Assembly: GCF_006345805.1 (NCBI RefSeq)
Contig: NC_043015.1
Coordinates: 34,782,001 to 34,846,000 of the forward strand
Reading direction: 5' to 3'
From: Octopus sinensis
Lineage: Eukaryota
DNA: 64,000 bases
Notes under the pieces: model-generated
The model's database searches: none
Seen by the model: only the letters and a program-made list of their open reading frames with translations
What the model was told of the DNA's origin: nothing
Translations under genes and position numbers: made by a program
Part shown: piece by piece, positions 40,405 through 53,089 of the stretch
How the letters are laid out: each line of letters begins with the position of its first letter
How positions within the stretch are numbered: the stretch's first letter is position 1

Positions 40405-40875
40405 GTTTTGTTCCAGTTGTTTTCAAATTTGGTATAAGGATTTAAGTTTTGTAAACTAATTATGAAAATGAAATTCATTTTCCCTATAAATTCATAATTT
40501 GAAAGTTATTAGCCTTTAAAATTTACAAAATTTGGGTATTTTAGCCAATCAGAAGCAAGTAGTTTACCCAGCACCATAAAGTTCTGTTAGCATAGTAAAC
40601 AAAGAAGCACCACTTGTTCCATAGCTGATTGCGAAGAACTCCGTTTCCATAGTAACCAAAGATGCTGCGCATGCGCACAAGGAGTGTAGCGAATAGAGTG
40701 TAATCAACAAATTGAGAGAACTTGGACATCTTTAAAGCTCGGAAACAAACGTCGGTGTGGATACACTGCTCTATGATTGACTCTTATCTTTGCGAATTTA
40801 TGTGGAGAAGGAAATATGAAGAAGATCATTTATTTTATAAAACCCTAGAGTGTATTGCAAACTTTCGTTCTTTAA
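40405..40875 (+). mobile_element. Internally deleted Merlin/IS1595-type element: subterminal block plus transposase C-terminus
   Basis: 40702-40873 encodes NQQIERTWTSLKLGNKRRCG/HCSMIDSYLCEFMWRRKYEEDHLFYKTLECIA (one frameshift), matching the IS1595/ISXO2 C-terminus; 40405-40552 is homologous to the MITE block at 46995-47150. Confidence 0.75.
40543..40677. promoter_or_regulatory. CCAAT box, RFX X-box and NRF1 motif cluster inside the TE
   Basis: AGCCAATCAG 40543-40552; GTTTCCATAGTAAC 40643-40656; TGCGCATGCGCA 40666-40677; function untested. Confidence 0.45.
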
Positions 40876-41234
40876 TTTTAGCTAATAAATGTCTGTTTTA
40901 AGCAATGTTTTGACTGTTAATTCTAGCAACTCCTGTTGGTTTGCTTGTAGCTTTCAAATATTTAATTTACTCGCGAATCTTTTAATGTTTTCCCAAGTTT
41001 ACTGCAGCTAGTCTAATGTTTTGACATGCCGAATTTATTCCTAAATATGTCTTGTATTTCATCAACACTAGTGAGAAAAATTTTAGGGACGGAAGAAAAT
41101 TCCGTAATTGTTTTTATTCTGGTAATTAACCACTCCTATAAGCTGGATGGTTGTCTCATAATAGATTTAATGTATGTGTGTGTCTGCATACAGCCCCCAA
41201 TACACGTACGCATATATATATATATATATATATA

Positions 41235-41620
41235 CTAGCAGTATCGCCCGGCGTTGCTCGGGTTTGTAAGGGAAATAACTATATAAGCATTTTTAGAGAT
41301 GTAAGGTATAATAGCCATCTCAATATGGCTAACCACAAAGGGGGGAGGGTTACTGTAGCTTTTTACGTTCTGAGATTTAATAATAAATTTTCAGAGAGTT
41401 ACTTCCCTTATATATGCCAAAAATGCATTAAAAATGGAAAAAATTGATGGTAAATTTTTTTAATCGTAGACTCATCGTAGACGCGCGCTAATACCCAGAA
41501 GGGCTCGATATGAATCACGACTATAAGATACCCGGTTTTGGTTAAACTGCACCGCAAAATGTGGGAGTAGTTAGGAATCTAAATCGTAGGAGACAGACAG
41601 CACACAACCTTACTTATATA
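41235..41620 (-). mobile_element. Non-autonomous Helitron (same 3' end as 6249-6620)
   Basis: Minus-strand 3' end cccttacaaacccgagcaacgccgggcgatactgCTAG followed by T; 5' end merges into (TA)n. Confidence 0.8.
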
Positions 41621-41645
41621 TATATATATATATATAAACATATAT

Positions 41646-41677
<32 letters not shown>

Positions 41678-41686
41678 ATATATATA

Positions 41687-41725
<39 letters not shown>

Positions 41726-43259
41726 ATATAATATAATATAATATAATATAATATAATATAATATAATACAATATAATATAAATAAGTTCTGTTGGAAGTA
41801 TAAATGATTTGAATAACACCTGCGGGATCTTCTCACTTTGACCGGCAAATTTTTAAAATAATTTCTTTGTAACTAAACACTTTTAAACTTCGTATACTGG
41901 TAGAATGTGTTACATAAAACATCTTTTTCTCTTGGCTTTCTTGAGAAAATTGTGTAGTTTGTAAGATATTTCTTGTTTAATTTCTTGCATTTCGGCAATT
42001 TCAACCAATCAATGACGTCTATTGAGTTGAATACAATTTCTGCCGTAGTTTGTCAACAACAACTTCCTACGGTCTCGATCTTCAAATGTAAACAAATACA
42101 CGTGTGTCGCCATAAACTGAGGGGTCACTCGTAAACAGAGCTGGATAACAAGACCGTTCCCTTTTTAGTGTCCACCCATAATTATGACCCTAGTATCGAT
42201 CTATTGCATTTCGATCTGTTTTAGGGTTAGGGGTGGGGGGAAGGGTATCTTTTTTCTTCAGAAATGTAAATAAACCCAATCTGTTTCTTAAACGAATATA
42301 TAATATGTAATGGCTGTATCTGTGAATTCATTTTATTGCGTATCTTACTGTCCTACGACTTTTCACTAACCTGTTACAAATACTAATCACCACTGCATCT
42401 ATTACACATACCGGACCGCACACACAAACACACATACACACTATGTATGTATGCGTATCATTATTCAGTTTTATTTTAAGATTTCTCGCCAATAGAGAAA
42501 GAGCCGGTTTCTAGCCTGGATCCAAGGCTCCTTCATTGGAATTTTAACAACACCAACAGGGTATGTATGTATGTATGTATGTATGCATGTGTGCATATTT
42601 ACATGTGTTTGTGTATAATAAGTAGATATAGATGTAGATATGCATATCAATATATATACATGCACACTCATACACTCATATCGATATCTTGGTCTTACAC
42701 AGTATATATATATGAGCGGATCTCAGAATTAAACAGCCGAAATCTGCGATGAGGGATCAGTTTCTGACTGAAGAATGAAGGCTTTGAATGACCTGTTTGT
42801 TTTTTTGTTTGTCCCTTCGTGTATTTCACGTTATTTATTTACGTAAAGGTTTATTATATTGTAACGGGAATAGGTTGCTTCTTGCACTTTTAGGGTGCAA
42901 CTGGTGCATTCACAATTTCCGTTGCTTAAATTTCCAGATTCTACCAGTCAAAGAACACAAACGCGACAGTAAAAATATATACTCTTTATTGTTCTTATAA
43001 CAGTAAGAAATAAGGTGGTATATTTGGTTCCACTTGGTATGGTTGTGGCAAGGCTGAAATTTTAACGCTTGTAACAATCTTACAAGTTCAGCAGCAAACC
43101 GAGCTGGTCAAATATGGCGTCCTTAGAGAGCGAAGAAAATATGGTCTGCAACAATGTCTGGTGGAAAGCCTTCTGGTGCTGCTACGTGTCTCTGTACCCT
43201 TTCTGGTCAAAGTTTTTACGCTCCCTTGCCTATCAGCTAAATGCCACATCATCTTTCCC

Positions 43260-43380
43260 TTCTTCCGGTCTTCGCGCATGCGCGAGAGGGCCCTTCCCTT
43301 CTGCCTCTACAGAAGGCTCCAAATTCCGCACGCGCGAACTGAAATGGCGTTAGCGCGCGGCGTGCGCGCGCGCTGTTGGA
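43260..43380. promoter_or_regulatory. CpG-rich promoter-like patch with ETS, NRF1 and YY1 motifs
   Basis: CCGGAAG (minus) 43262-43268; perfect palindrome TCGCGCATGCGCGA 43272-43285; AAATGGCG 43342-43349; CG-rich run to 43380; no TE signature recognised. Confidence 0.5.
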
Positions 43381-44706
43381 TAGCGTCACTACAATATATA
43401 TATATATATATATACTTTATTTATATATCACTCTTGTCATTGCTTTCTTTCAAATTATACTTTCCTTATAAATCATCTTATCATTACTTAATTCGGCTCA
43501 GCACCGTCCAAGACAAACGCTGTTAATCTTGGCTCAATATTCCAGACAGAGAACACCCTCAAGAGAAACTAAAAAACTCGGCCTTTGAATTGTCTGGCTG
43601 TGTATGTACGTAGATGACTATAGTTCTATTCGAAACAGAACCAGGAAACAAAGTATTCAAAGAAAAAAAAACAGAAAGCCCTGTTGATGTGTGTGTGTAT
43701 TTTAATGAGTCCCTTGACTGCTGGAAATAGGTTAGGCAAATTGCTATGCTGTTGACACCTGTTTGAGGCAGAAACATGTGTAATTGACTATCCTCTTATC
43801 TCAAGATCAGAAGCATGTTCTTAACAGGTTGTCAACTTTTGGAGAATTTTTGAGTTTTGAGGTTATCTCCGCTTCTGATATGAATCTTTTCTCAGTTGCC
43901 ATTTGATAATTATCTCACATCCTCTACAGGTGGAAATAATTTTAATAAACCGAGATTATGCTGTATGGTATTTGATATACCTGCCTTTTTTTACACACAC
44001 ACACACACACACAGTGTCATAAATTTATGTACCACTCCTAGTTTAAATTATATACCTATATATTTTCATTAATGCTCTCTTATCCTAGTGGAGACGTCCT
44101 GCCATGTCTTACTGTTACACAATATACGAAAGAATGACTGTCTGTTCGCTCGCATTTCTTTCCATGATGGTCAAATATAGTTTCGACAGTTGCATCCATT
44201 AACTGCTTTACTTTAAAGAGAACACGACTTGCATAATTTGAACGAGATTTATTACTGTTTTCAGTATAAAGTCATAATTAGTGGATGAAGGTGAATCGAT
44301 ATAAACTAACAACCGTATAATTAATAAATCTGGCCTCCTCTCCCTTCCTCCACCTCTCTCTCTTTCCTTCCAGTTCCCTATTTTTCTTTCTCTTTCTCGT
44401 TGCTGCGTTCGTTTCTTCCTTTTTATTCTCTTTCGTAAATCATTTTATGGAATATTTCCTTCGGTGACTTTTATAACTGACATTGAATGAAGAGAGAGTT
44501 AATGACAAGCTACTATTGCCGGCTAGAAATATTGTAAATGTAAAAATTAACTACTCTAGATTACTGTGAAAAGAGAGAAAAATAACCAATGTTTCATTCT
44601 GACAATAACGTATCTATACATTCTTAATATATTCTGGAAGATCCGAAAGGGAATATCTGATTGCTGTTCTTTTTCATCAATGGAGAATATCTCTTCCCCT
44701 CTAAAC

Positions 44707-44960
44707 CATGGATTCTCAACCCTTTCTCCTCTATGGATCCCGTCTGATTCCTACTTCATCCGGATGGAACCTCTTAGTCATTCGATGTTTAATGAAAAAT
44801 TATTATATCTTAATAATTAAATATCATTAAGAATTGTACAAAGAAAATTGTTAAAATATTTTGTGTATTGAAGAAGTATAATCGATTTACTGCTCGTGAA
44901 CTTCAACAGCAAAATCTCATATAACCCAACGGTCATATGGACCCCGGTTGAGAACAATTG
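44707..44960. mobile_element. hAT (Buster/Charlie-type) MITE
   Basis: TIRs catggattctcaacc / ggttgagaacaattg; flanks ctctaaac / ctttagac; same family as 7247-7443. Confidence 0.75.
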
Positions 44961-46317
44961 CTTTAGACAATGTGTATTCATAACATATGATTCACAGATC
45001 TTAGAACACTTTGATTCACTGCGATGTTTCGACCTTACTGTACGGCTCCTCAGTCAATGATACCCTTCGGACCGATGGCTCTGGCAAGAACATGAGTCTT
45101 GTTTATAAGAATCAGCAAATAAATTATTTGCTGATACGTGCTAATGTTTCCAAACATCATAGAGTGCACGAGCTACAACCACAATCCAAGTAATAACATA
45201 TTTCCTTCATTCATAATATGTTTTGGCAGATTCGAACGCGAATGTCTGATCGCTACCCACAGTTCTAATGGTTATATTGAAATGAAGAGACTGTTTAGTA
45301 ATAGGATCGAGAACTGTAGACTATTTTTTAAGATGGGCAAAAAACCCTCAAAGTTAAAGAGATTTGTATTTCACCGACAGAATAATGCAGTGGAGCTGGA
45401 AGTTTGTTTTTATCACTGAAACATCAAAAGAATTGATACAAAGAAAAGGTGACAATAATAATGAGAAGGTAATTTTTAAAAATGTAATATCACCATTATA
45501 TATCTTCACATATTAAAGTTGTCGAAAAAGACCCTTTAATTACCTAAAAGACGCTTTAGATGTTATCTGAATAACTTTAACTCGTTAACACTATTATCAT
45601 AGTAAACAGAGTTCTGGTAAAACAGAACATAATATGAAAGAATTATGTATTTGTTTAGTTAGGATACAAATGGAGTTCTTTATATTTTTATTTTTACTTA
45701 GTGTGAGCGAAGGAAAGACAGCACCCGTAGAGTTATCTAAGTTAAAAAATGGTACGGTAGACTTAATATTGTTGCAATTATTCAGATCAGCCCTAATGAT
45801 GAAAATAATTCCAGCCAGATCAACCTGTCCCGTATTCAGTCACAGTGTAAATAATACAACATCAGCCAATGTATTCTTCCATTTTTTAAGACTGTAGGGT
45901 GTGATTCGACAGTGACTTGGCTGATATTTCTAGAAGGTCGAGCAGACATGGCATATGGACACAAGCGTGGTTTATGGATACAGGAATGGTTCATGAATGC
46001 AGGTATGGTTACGTCTTTCAAAAGTTCGCCTCACGGCGGCAGAGTTTTGGGTTCGATCCCACTGCACAGCTCGTTAGACATGTCGTCTTCCAAAGCTTAA
46101 GGTTAACTAATGTCTTTTTTCATGGACTCTGTGGATGACAGTGGGTGGGGGGAATGGTTATCATCAGACTAGAGATCTGGTCTGAATATTTGCAAAAGAG
46201 TCGACTTTGCTCAAAACATTCCTAGGGTTAGGTGCACCCTCCACTAAAAAACATACGATCCCTTCGATCGACTCCTGCACGGTTTTTGTCTTACCAAGTT
46301 TCACTCAAAAGACATTA

Positions 46318-46412
<95 letters not shown>

Positions 46413-46968
46413 ATATAATATATATATTCACACACACCCAGAACCACGCGCTAATAGTTTAGGAGTGAAATTTAGGATTTCTCGGTTTTCTGTCAATCAA
46501 TTTTGATAAAACTTTTCTCAACTGGGATGCACATTATGACAGCACCATTGTTATGTTTTCATAGATTAAGTCTACCACCTCAAATAAAGAACAGTCCCTC
46601 TGTCAGATATCAAAACAATGTTTTAATAGACTTGAGGCTAAGATAGAATTGGAACCACACAGTTGCAATGCGAACTTCTTAAGCACACAGCTTTAAGAAA
46701 TATTGAAATGCGTATCAGCTTAAGAATGACCACCACCTCTGTAATGTTGTCTAACATAATCGACCTAACTTTATAAAGAGGAAAAACAGAATATTCTTCC
46801 TAAATTTCATCAAAGCTACCGTTTTTTAAAAAACAAAACAACTAAATAATACAAATTAGCTTATCATAAACATAGCTTCACTCATAAACCAGGATCTGCC
46901 TATAAAGCCGCGTCCACTTATAAACCTAGTTCTAATTCTTCATTTTCCTAAAATTTCTGTTTACTGAA

Positions 46969-47687
46969 TTTTGTTTGGCTGCTACTTTTTAGTTTCTTCA
47001 ATTTTTGTTCAAATTGATTTCATATTTGGTGTATTCGTGTAGCTTTGTATGATAATCCTTGATATGAACTTCACATTCGTTATAAATCAATAATTTAAGA
47101 GTTAATAGCTTTTAAAGTTTACAAATTTTGGGTAATTTTAGCCAATCAAAAACCATACATATAGGTGTCAGTTTCCATAGTAACAAGCCAAGTTATTACC
47201 AAGTCCTGTCAAGCTACACGGTCATTTTTCACTTATTAAATGCGTAAAACACGAGGTATGAGGTGGTCTTGTGATGTGCTGAAAATAACAGCTAAATAGG
47301 CCGTAAATCATGCACCAAAATATTTTGGTTTTGGTTTTTGCATAATCATGTTTGAATTCCCGTGTGTAGAATACAAATTTGCAAACATTTTCTAAAAATT
47401 CCCCTAAATAATTGAAGTTATGAGAGGTTATATGTCGTGCGTGAAGCAGATTTTCGCCAATATTTCATTTGTTTACAGTTAAAAACACGTTATCACGCAC
47501 AAAATGACAGTTCGTTTTCTGACTGGGTAAAAATGATCAAACTGTTAACCGCTGTAACGTTTTAAAAAATATTTTGGAAAAAAAGATAAATATCCCCCGA
47601 GATTCAGCGTGGAAAATTACACCAAGACATAAATTTTAAAATTTTCACTAAATTTTACAATTTCCAAAGGTGCAGCCAAACAGAAAA
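46969..47687 (+). mobile_element. ~720-bp MITE, copy 1
   Basis: Terminal inverted motif ttttgtttggctgc / gcagccaaacagaaaa; collinear with 50733-51445 and inverted relative to 48240-48984. Confidence 0.8.
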
Positions 47688-47728
47688 GGTTTGAATTAAG
47701 AGATGTTTTCATATATCTGTGGCGGTAC

Positions 47729-47786
<58 letters not shown>

Positions 47787-48239
47787 TGGTTAAAGTTGCG
47801 AACAAGACAAAAATCAACAAAGTCTGATGGAAATAAATGGGGACTGATGGAAACAGGTTTTCCATTTTAGTGTTTGTTAAAAGCAATGACGAGTCTAGTT
47901 TCATCGATCTGCTTTGATTTCTCTCAACCGTCCCCTTTCTGTCACTCTGCCTGTCCAAGCCGTATGCCATCAGTCTGTCTGCACGTCTAGTTTGCTCATT
48001 CTCAGGATATAGATTTAATAAGCAATCAACACCGTCTGTATAACAACAGTAATCAGTAAATGAATGAAAAACATTCAGATAACTGCAAACAGTTTGTAAA
48101 TATATACAGAAATATATGCGCGCATGAACATCCATACACTCAGACTTTATGTACACACACACACGTGCGCGCGCGTTTGTGCATGATGTCTGCATTATTT
48201 AGTTTCTTTTATCCATCATAGGATTATTTTTAGTAGATA

Positions 48240-48984
48240 TTTTCAGTTTGGCTGCCAAGTTTCGAAAATTCAAAGTTTATTGAAAATTTTAAAATTTGGT
48301 ATATTAATGTAGTTTTCCAAGACGAATCTCAGGAGATATTTAACTTTTCCCAGAAAATAAAAAAAAAAAAAAAAAAGTTATTAAGGTTTAAAGTTTGATC
48401 ATTTTCACCCGGTCAGAAAACAGGATTTGGAAGCTGTCCTTTTATGTGTGACAGCACGTGCTGTCAACTGTAAACAAATCAAATTCTAATCTACAGGAAC
48501 AATAGTTACATTCGTGCCTCATAACTCATTAATGTTTTTGAATTTTCAGAAAATGTTTGCAAATTTGTTTTCTACACACGGGAATTCAAGCGATTACCCA
48601 AAAATAAAATAAAGAATTTTTTGGTGCGTTATTTAAGGCCTATTTGGTTGTTATTTTTAGCACATCTGACGTCCTCCTCAATGAGTGGATCTTTACAGTT
48701 TGGTTGCCAATATTTTTCAACACGTGCTTTCTCGCAGACAAAAGGGTTCTCATGCTTGGCTTATAGCTATGGAAACAGGCATGGATGTATCTATGGTTTA
48801 CGATTGGCTAAAATTACCCAAAGTTTGCAAACTTTAAAAGTTAATAACTCTTTATTTATTGATTTATTGAGAAAAATATATTTCAAAGCAATGATTAGCA
48901 TATAAAACCTTATCATTACACCGAATATGAAATTAATTCGAGCTGGAATTGAAGAGATTGAAAATTGGCAGCGAAACAAAAAAA
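48240..48984 (-). mobile_element. ~740-bp MITE, copy 2 (inverted)
   Basis: ttttcagtttggctgcca / tggcagcgaaacaaaaaaa; internal blocks are the reverse complement of copy 1. Confidence 0.8.
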
Positions 48985-50732
48985 GATCCTTTTGAGTTTT
49001 ATACTTTCCGATCATTGATAATTGATGACAACTGAGTAAAATTTCTATTCACTTCCGTTTGAAGCAAAGTAATCTTGGAAGTATTTTGTTAGCTAAAACC
49101 GCAAATTATTGTCAAAAGTAGGTAACTGAAAAATTAAAGAAATTACGTCCCTAATGAAAATCTAGGCCCATCTATATAATACTAAAAGTCTGTGATTGCT
49201 TCTGTGTTTGTCTGTAATTTAACACCGCCAAACCGGCGCACAAGTCGTTTTGACTCCTGCTCATTTTTCTTTCACCAAATAAACACACGCACTGTATACT
49301 CGTTCTTCACTCGTTTATTACTGTTCTTATTCTAACTCATGTCCATTGTCTGAAGCACACACCTATTTGACTGGCACTCAAGTAAATATGAACAATGACA
49401 AACATACATATGTAACAACAGTGTCATCAATTATAACGACCATTTATGTAGCGGATAAATGAACTGCATAAATAAGTGAAGAAGACGGCCATTTTATTTA
49501 TATGATTCTGATGGTCGTTACAATATAGAAAATACAACTGCTTCGAGTTGTTTGTGTGCACAGCTTGTTAGTTGTTGCAGTAAACAAATTGCCTTTAGTT
49601 CCATGGGCCATTGTGTAGATAGTAAATTTATCTGCGTGAATACGTGAGAGGTGGGGGGCTAGACAGAGAAAGTATGACTCGTGAAAGATCAAGAGATCAT
49701 ATTATTCTCATAATTTTCCTAGTGCAACAGGCGAAAACCTAAAAGCCAACAATTTGTAGGGAACTGTGGATTCAGTTTCGGATCCTAGCTTAGAAATTTG
49801 GTCGCTATCCGCTACACACATAAATACAAATGTATACACAAGACATTATGCATGTGATCAAGTACCGTCTCCGAAATATCATCATGGTAAAGCTCTTCCA
49901 ATGTAGCGTTAGGACACAGCTAAAGTAATCTATTACGCCATCCATAGAAAGGCATGACTTAAAATGTTTACACAATTAGCAATTAGCTATCACTACAACA
50001 GAGCACAGTGAGAGAACCTTAACGTAATCAATAGACTTGCTAAAAGTTGTTGCCAAATCTTCCTCAGTTACACGGCTGTCTTAAATTAGGAAGGGACGTA
50101 TTAAACATTGTAAATGGGGTAGTCATGGCTGGAATTCGTTCACTCATAGGTTTGCTCGATTAGGGCTGAGCTAGAACAGAACAACTACCACTACTATCAC
50201 ATAGCTCCCCCCTCCCGTGTAGAATAAATCACAGTCAGTTGGTATTTCATTACTTCCCTACTTCTACCTCTATCATTAAGAACGAATTACTGAGACAACG
50301 TTGCCGTTTTTAGATTTTATGTGTCTTTAATAGGTTCTGGTTTTAATGCCCGTTGTTTGACAGATAGGTTTCCTTTTTACAGCTACGTTAGGTTCCTCCA
50401 ATTTCAAAACATTGATTTTCTTACCATGCCAAATGGCATATGTCCAATGACAATGCATAATGATTATTTATCTAATCCATATATTCACCTATTTAATCCC
50501 GTCCATTGATGTATCATATAACGAAGTATTTTAAAGAGAATTAACTAATCTACAGTGAACACAAATATAAACAGCTTTTACAGAGTATAAATTAATACAT
50601 GCACACACCCGCACATACACACTGAGATATAGAAAAAAAACATACATACTCACCTCCCCACCGCATACACTCACACACATACATGATGGTTGTATAAAAA
50701 ACAATGCAAAAGTGGGTATAACTTTTTTAATC

Positions 50733-51445
50733 TTTTCTGTTTGGCTGCCACTTTCCAATTTCTTTAATTTTTGTTCCAATTGATTTCATATTTTGGTGTA
50801 TTAATGTAGTTTTGTATGTTAATCATTAACATGAAATTCATTTTTACCATAAATCAATAAATAACGAGTTAATAGCTTTTAAAGATTGCAAATTTTGGGT
50901 AAATTTAGCTAATCGAAAGCCATGGACATATAGGTGTCTGCTTCCATTGTATCAAGGCAAGCTGTCAACAAGCTGCTTACTCTTCTGTTGTTGTCCTGTC
51001 ATACCACGTGGTCATTTTTCGCTTATTAAATGCTTAAAACACGAGGTATGAGGTGGTAGTGTGATGTGCTAAATAGGCCTTAAATCACGTACCAAAAAAA
51101 AAATAACAACTATCTGTCTTTGTCTAATCGTTTGAATTCCTGCGTGCAGACTACAAATTCACAGGCATTTTCTAAAAATTCCCAAAATAAAAAAAAAAGT
51201 CATGAGGTGTTATATGTCGTGCGTAAAGCAGAATTCCACCAATATTTCATTTGTTTACAATTGACAACACGTGCAGTCAAGCACAAAATCCTGTTTTCTG
51301 ACTGGGTAAAAATGATCAAACTTTAAACCCCTGTAACATTAAAAAAAATTTCTGGAAAAAATGAATAAGTCCCTGAGATTCAGCGTGAAAAATTACATTA
51401 ATACACCAAATTCTAAAATTTCCACTGGTGCAATCAAACAGTAAA
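50733..51445 (+). mobile_element. ~710-bp MITE, copy 3
   Basis: ttttctgtttggctgcca / ggtgcaatcaaacagtaaa; collinear with copy 1. Confidence 0.8.
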
Positions 51446-52534
51446 GACCCAACTTTTTCTTTTGACAGACACAGGCAATTCAAACTGCACACGTTGGTAG
51501 AATAACTCTTCTTCAAAGACAGTGAGACTCGGCATGTGAGGCAATTGCAAAGGTTCTAGTAGAGTAGTTGTTTATGTTCTATGAGGACGGGGTGCAATAA
51601 AGTCTTCTTGATGCGCTCACTGTACAGTTTTCTTTCTTTTCTTCTTCTTATTTTTTTTATGCTGTTGAAGGAGATAAAATTGGTTTGATTCCACCAAGTA
51701 GAAATAGGAGCTAAATTTCTCAACTCACACTCTATCCTCTTACTGAAGAAGAGATGCATTAGGTAATGTAACTTGCAATCCTTTGAATAGTTGGAATGGT
51801 CATGACTAGAACATTTTTGAGAAAAGAACTACTCGGTTATAGCCGGCCTAGGGCTAAAAAAAAAGAACAATAATACTTACCCACCAACAGCCACCCCGTT
51901 TTAACAACATCCGTCCCATATTATACTTCTCACTCCTCTCACTTTTCTCCATCACTATCCTCAAAGCCATCCACCCTACGGCCAAGTCACTACCACTCCC
52001 TTCACCATCACCATCACCTTCATCATCACTACCACCACCACCACCACCACCACCACAATCTCATCGTAGCTAACTACTTCCCGCGTTTTCTCATTGTCTC
52101 TTAACTCCATACCTCCCCCTCCCACACTTACGTCTCACTCTTCCGATCTGCATTTATTGTTTGTTTTGCTTCTTACTTCACCTTCAAACTTTGTTTTTGC
52201 CACCTTCCCTCAGTATCTACTCACACCAGTACTCCTGCACACATTGTTCTATTAATCATCTTCACTGCACCCGTAATATATCAGCTATGCTCTGTGTTAA
52301 AGTTAGAGAAAAGATTAACTATACACCTGATTCCTCTGTAATATATATTGTTGTTCAGTGGGCATCTCACCGAAAATGAAGGAGGACAAGAGAGGTGGTG
52401 AGAAAGAAAATGGAGAGAAATCAAGAGAGAAAGAGAGAGAAAGGGAGAGAAAGGGAGAGAGAGCTTTGGTGTTTAAGAAAGACGTAATTTTGGGGAGGTG
52501 CAAAAGCACTTCCGGCTGACGAAAACTTGCATAA

Positions 52535-52930
52535 TATACTCTTTTCTACTCTAGGCACAAAGCCCGAAATTTTTGGAGAGGGGGGCCAATCGATTAGATT
52601 GACTCCAGTACGCAACTGGTACTTAATTTATCAACCCCGAAAGGATGAAAGGCAAAATCGACCCCGGATGAATTTGAACTCGGAACGTAAAGACAGACGA
52701 AATACCTGTTTCTTTACTACCCACAAGGGACTAAACACAGAGGACAAACAAGGACAGACACACGGATTAAGTCGATTATATCGACCCCAGTGTGTAACTG
52801 GTACTTATTTAATCGACCCTGAAAGGATGAAAGGCAAAGTCGACCTCGGTGGAATTTGAACTCAGAACGTAGCGGCAGACGAAATACCGCTAAGCATTTC
52901 GCCAGGACGCTAACGTTTCTGCCAGTTAGC
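52535..52930 (-). mobile_element. Two tandem SINE family B copies (head-to-tail)
   Basis: The ctggtactta..tt.atc.acccc.gaaaggatgaaaggcaaa.tcgacc...gaatttgaactc.gaacgta block occurs twice. Confidence 0.85.
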
Positions 52931-53089
52931 ACTGTTTCTGCGTCTTTCTTTAATAGAAAAGTTAACTGTCGAATTCTCACCTTTTTAAGGTTAATATGTC
53001 AATCAGTCTCTGTAAAGGAATATGCAGAATTGATGGTAATTAATGAGTTACGAACTCTGCACAACTAACGGCCTACTCCTCTTGTACCA

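Noticed and set aside
42221-42232. (TTAGGG)2 telomere-like motif
   Set aside because: Only two units inside an interspersed repeat
43088-43353. ORFs on both strands and a possible C/D snoRNA (AUGAUG...CUGA)
   Set aside because: No recognisable protein; box C imperfect and no convincing terminal stem
47617-48195. 192-aa ORF with a signal-peptide-like stretch (MENLFPSVPIYFHQTLLIFVLFATLTSFS)
   Set aside because: Runs into (CT)n and MITE sequence; no good splice donor; no known homology
49171-49740. Helitron-like 5' start (A|TCTATATAATACTAAAAG) and a possible exon at 49498-49692
   Set aside because: No matching CTRR 3' end found; peptide not recognised
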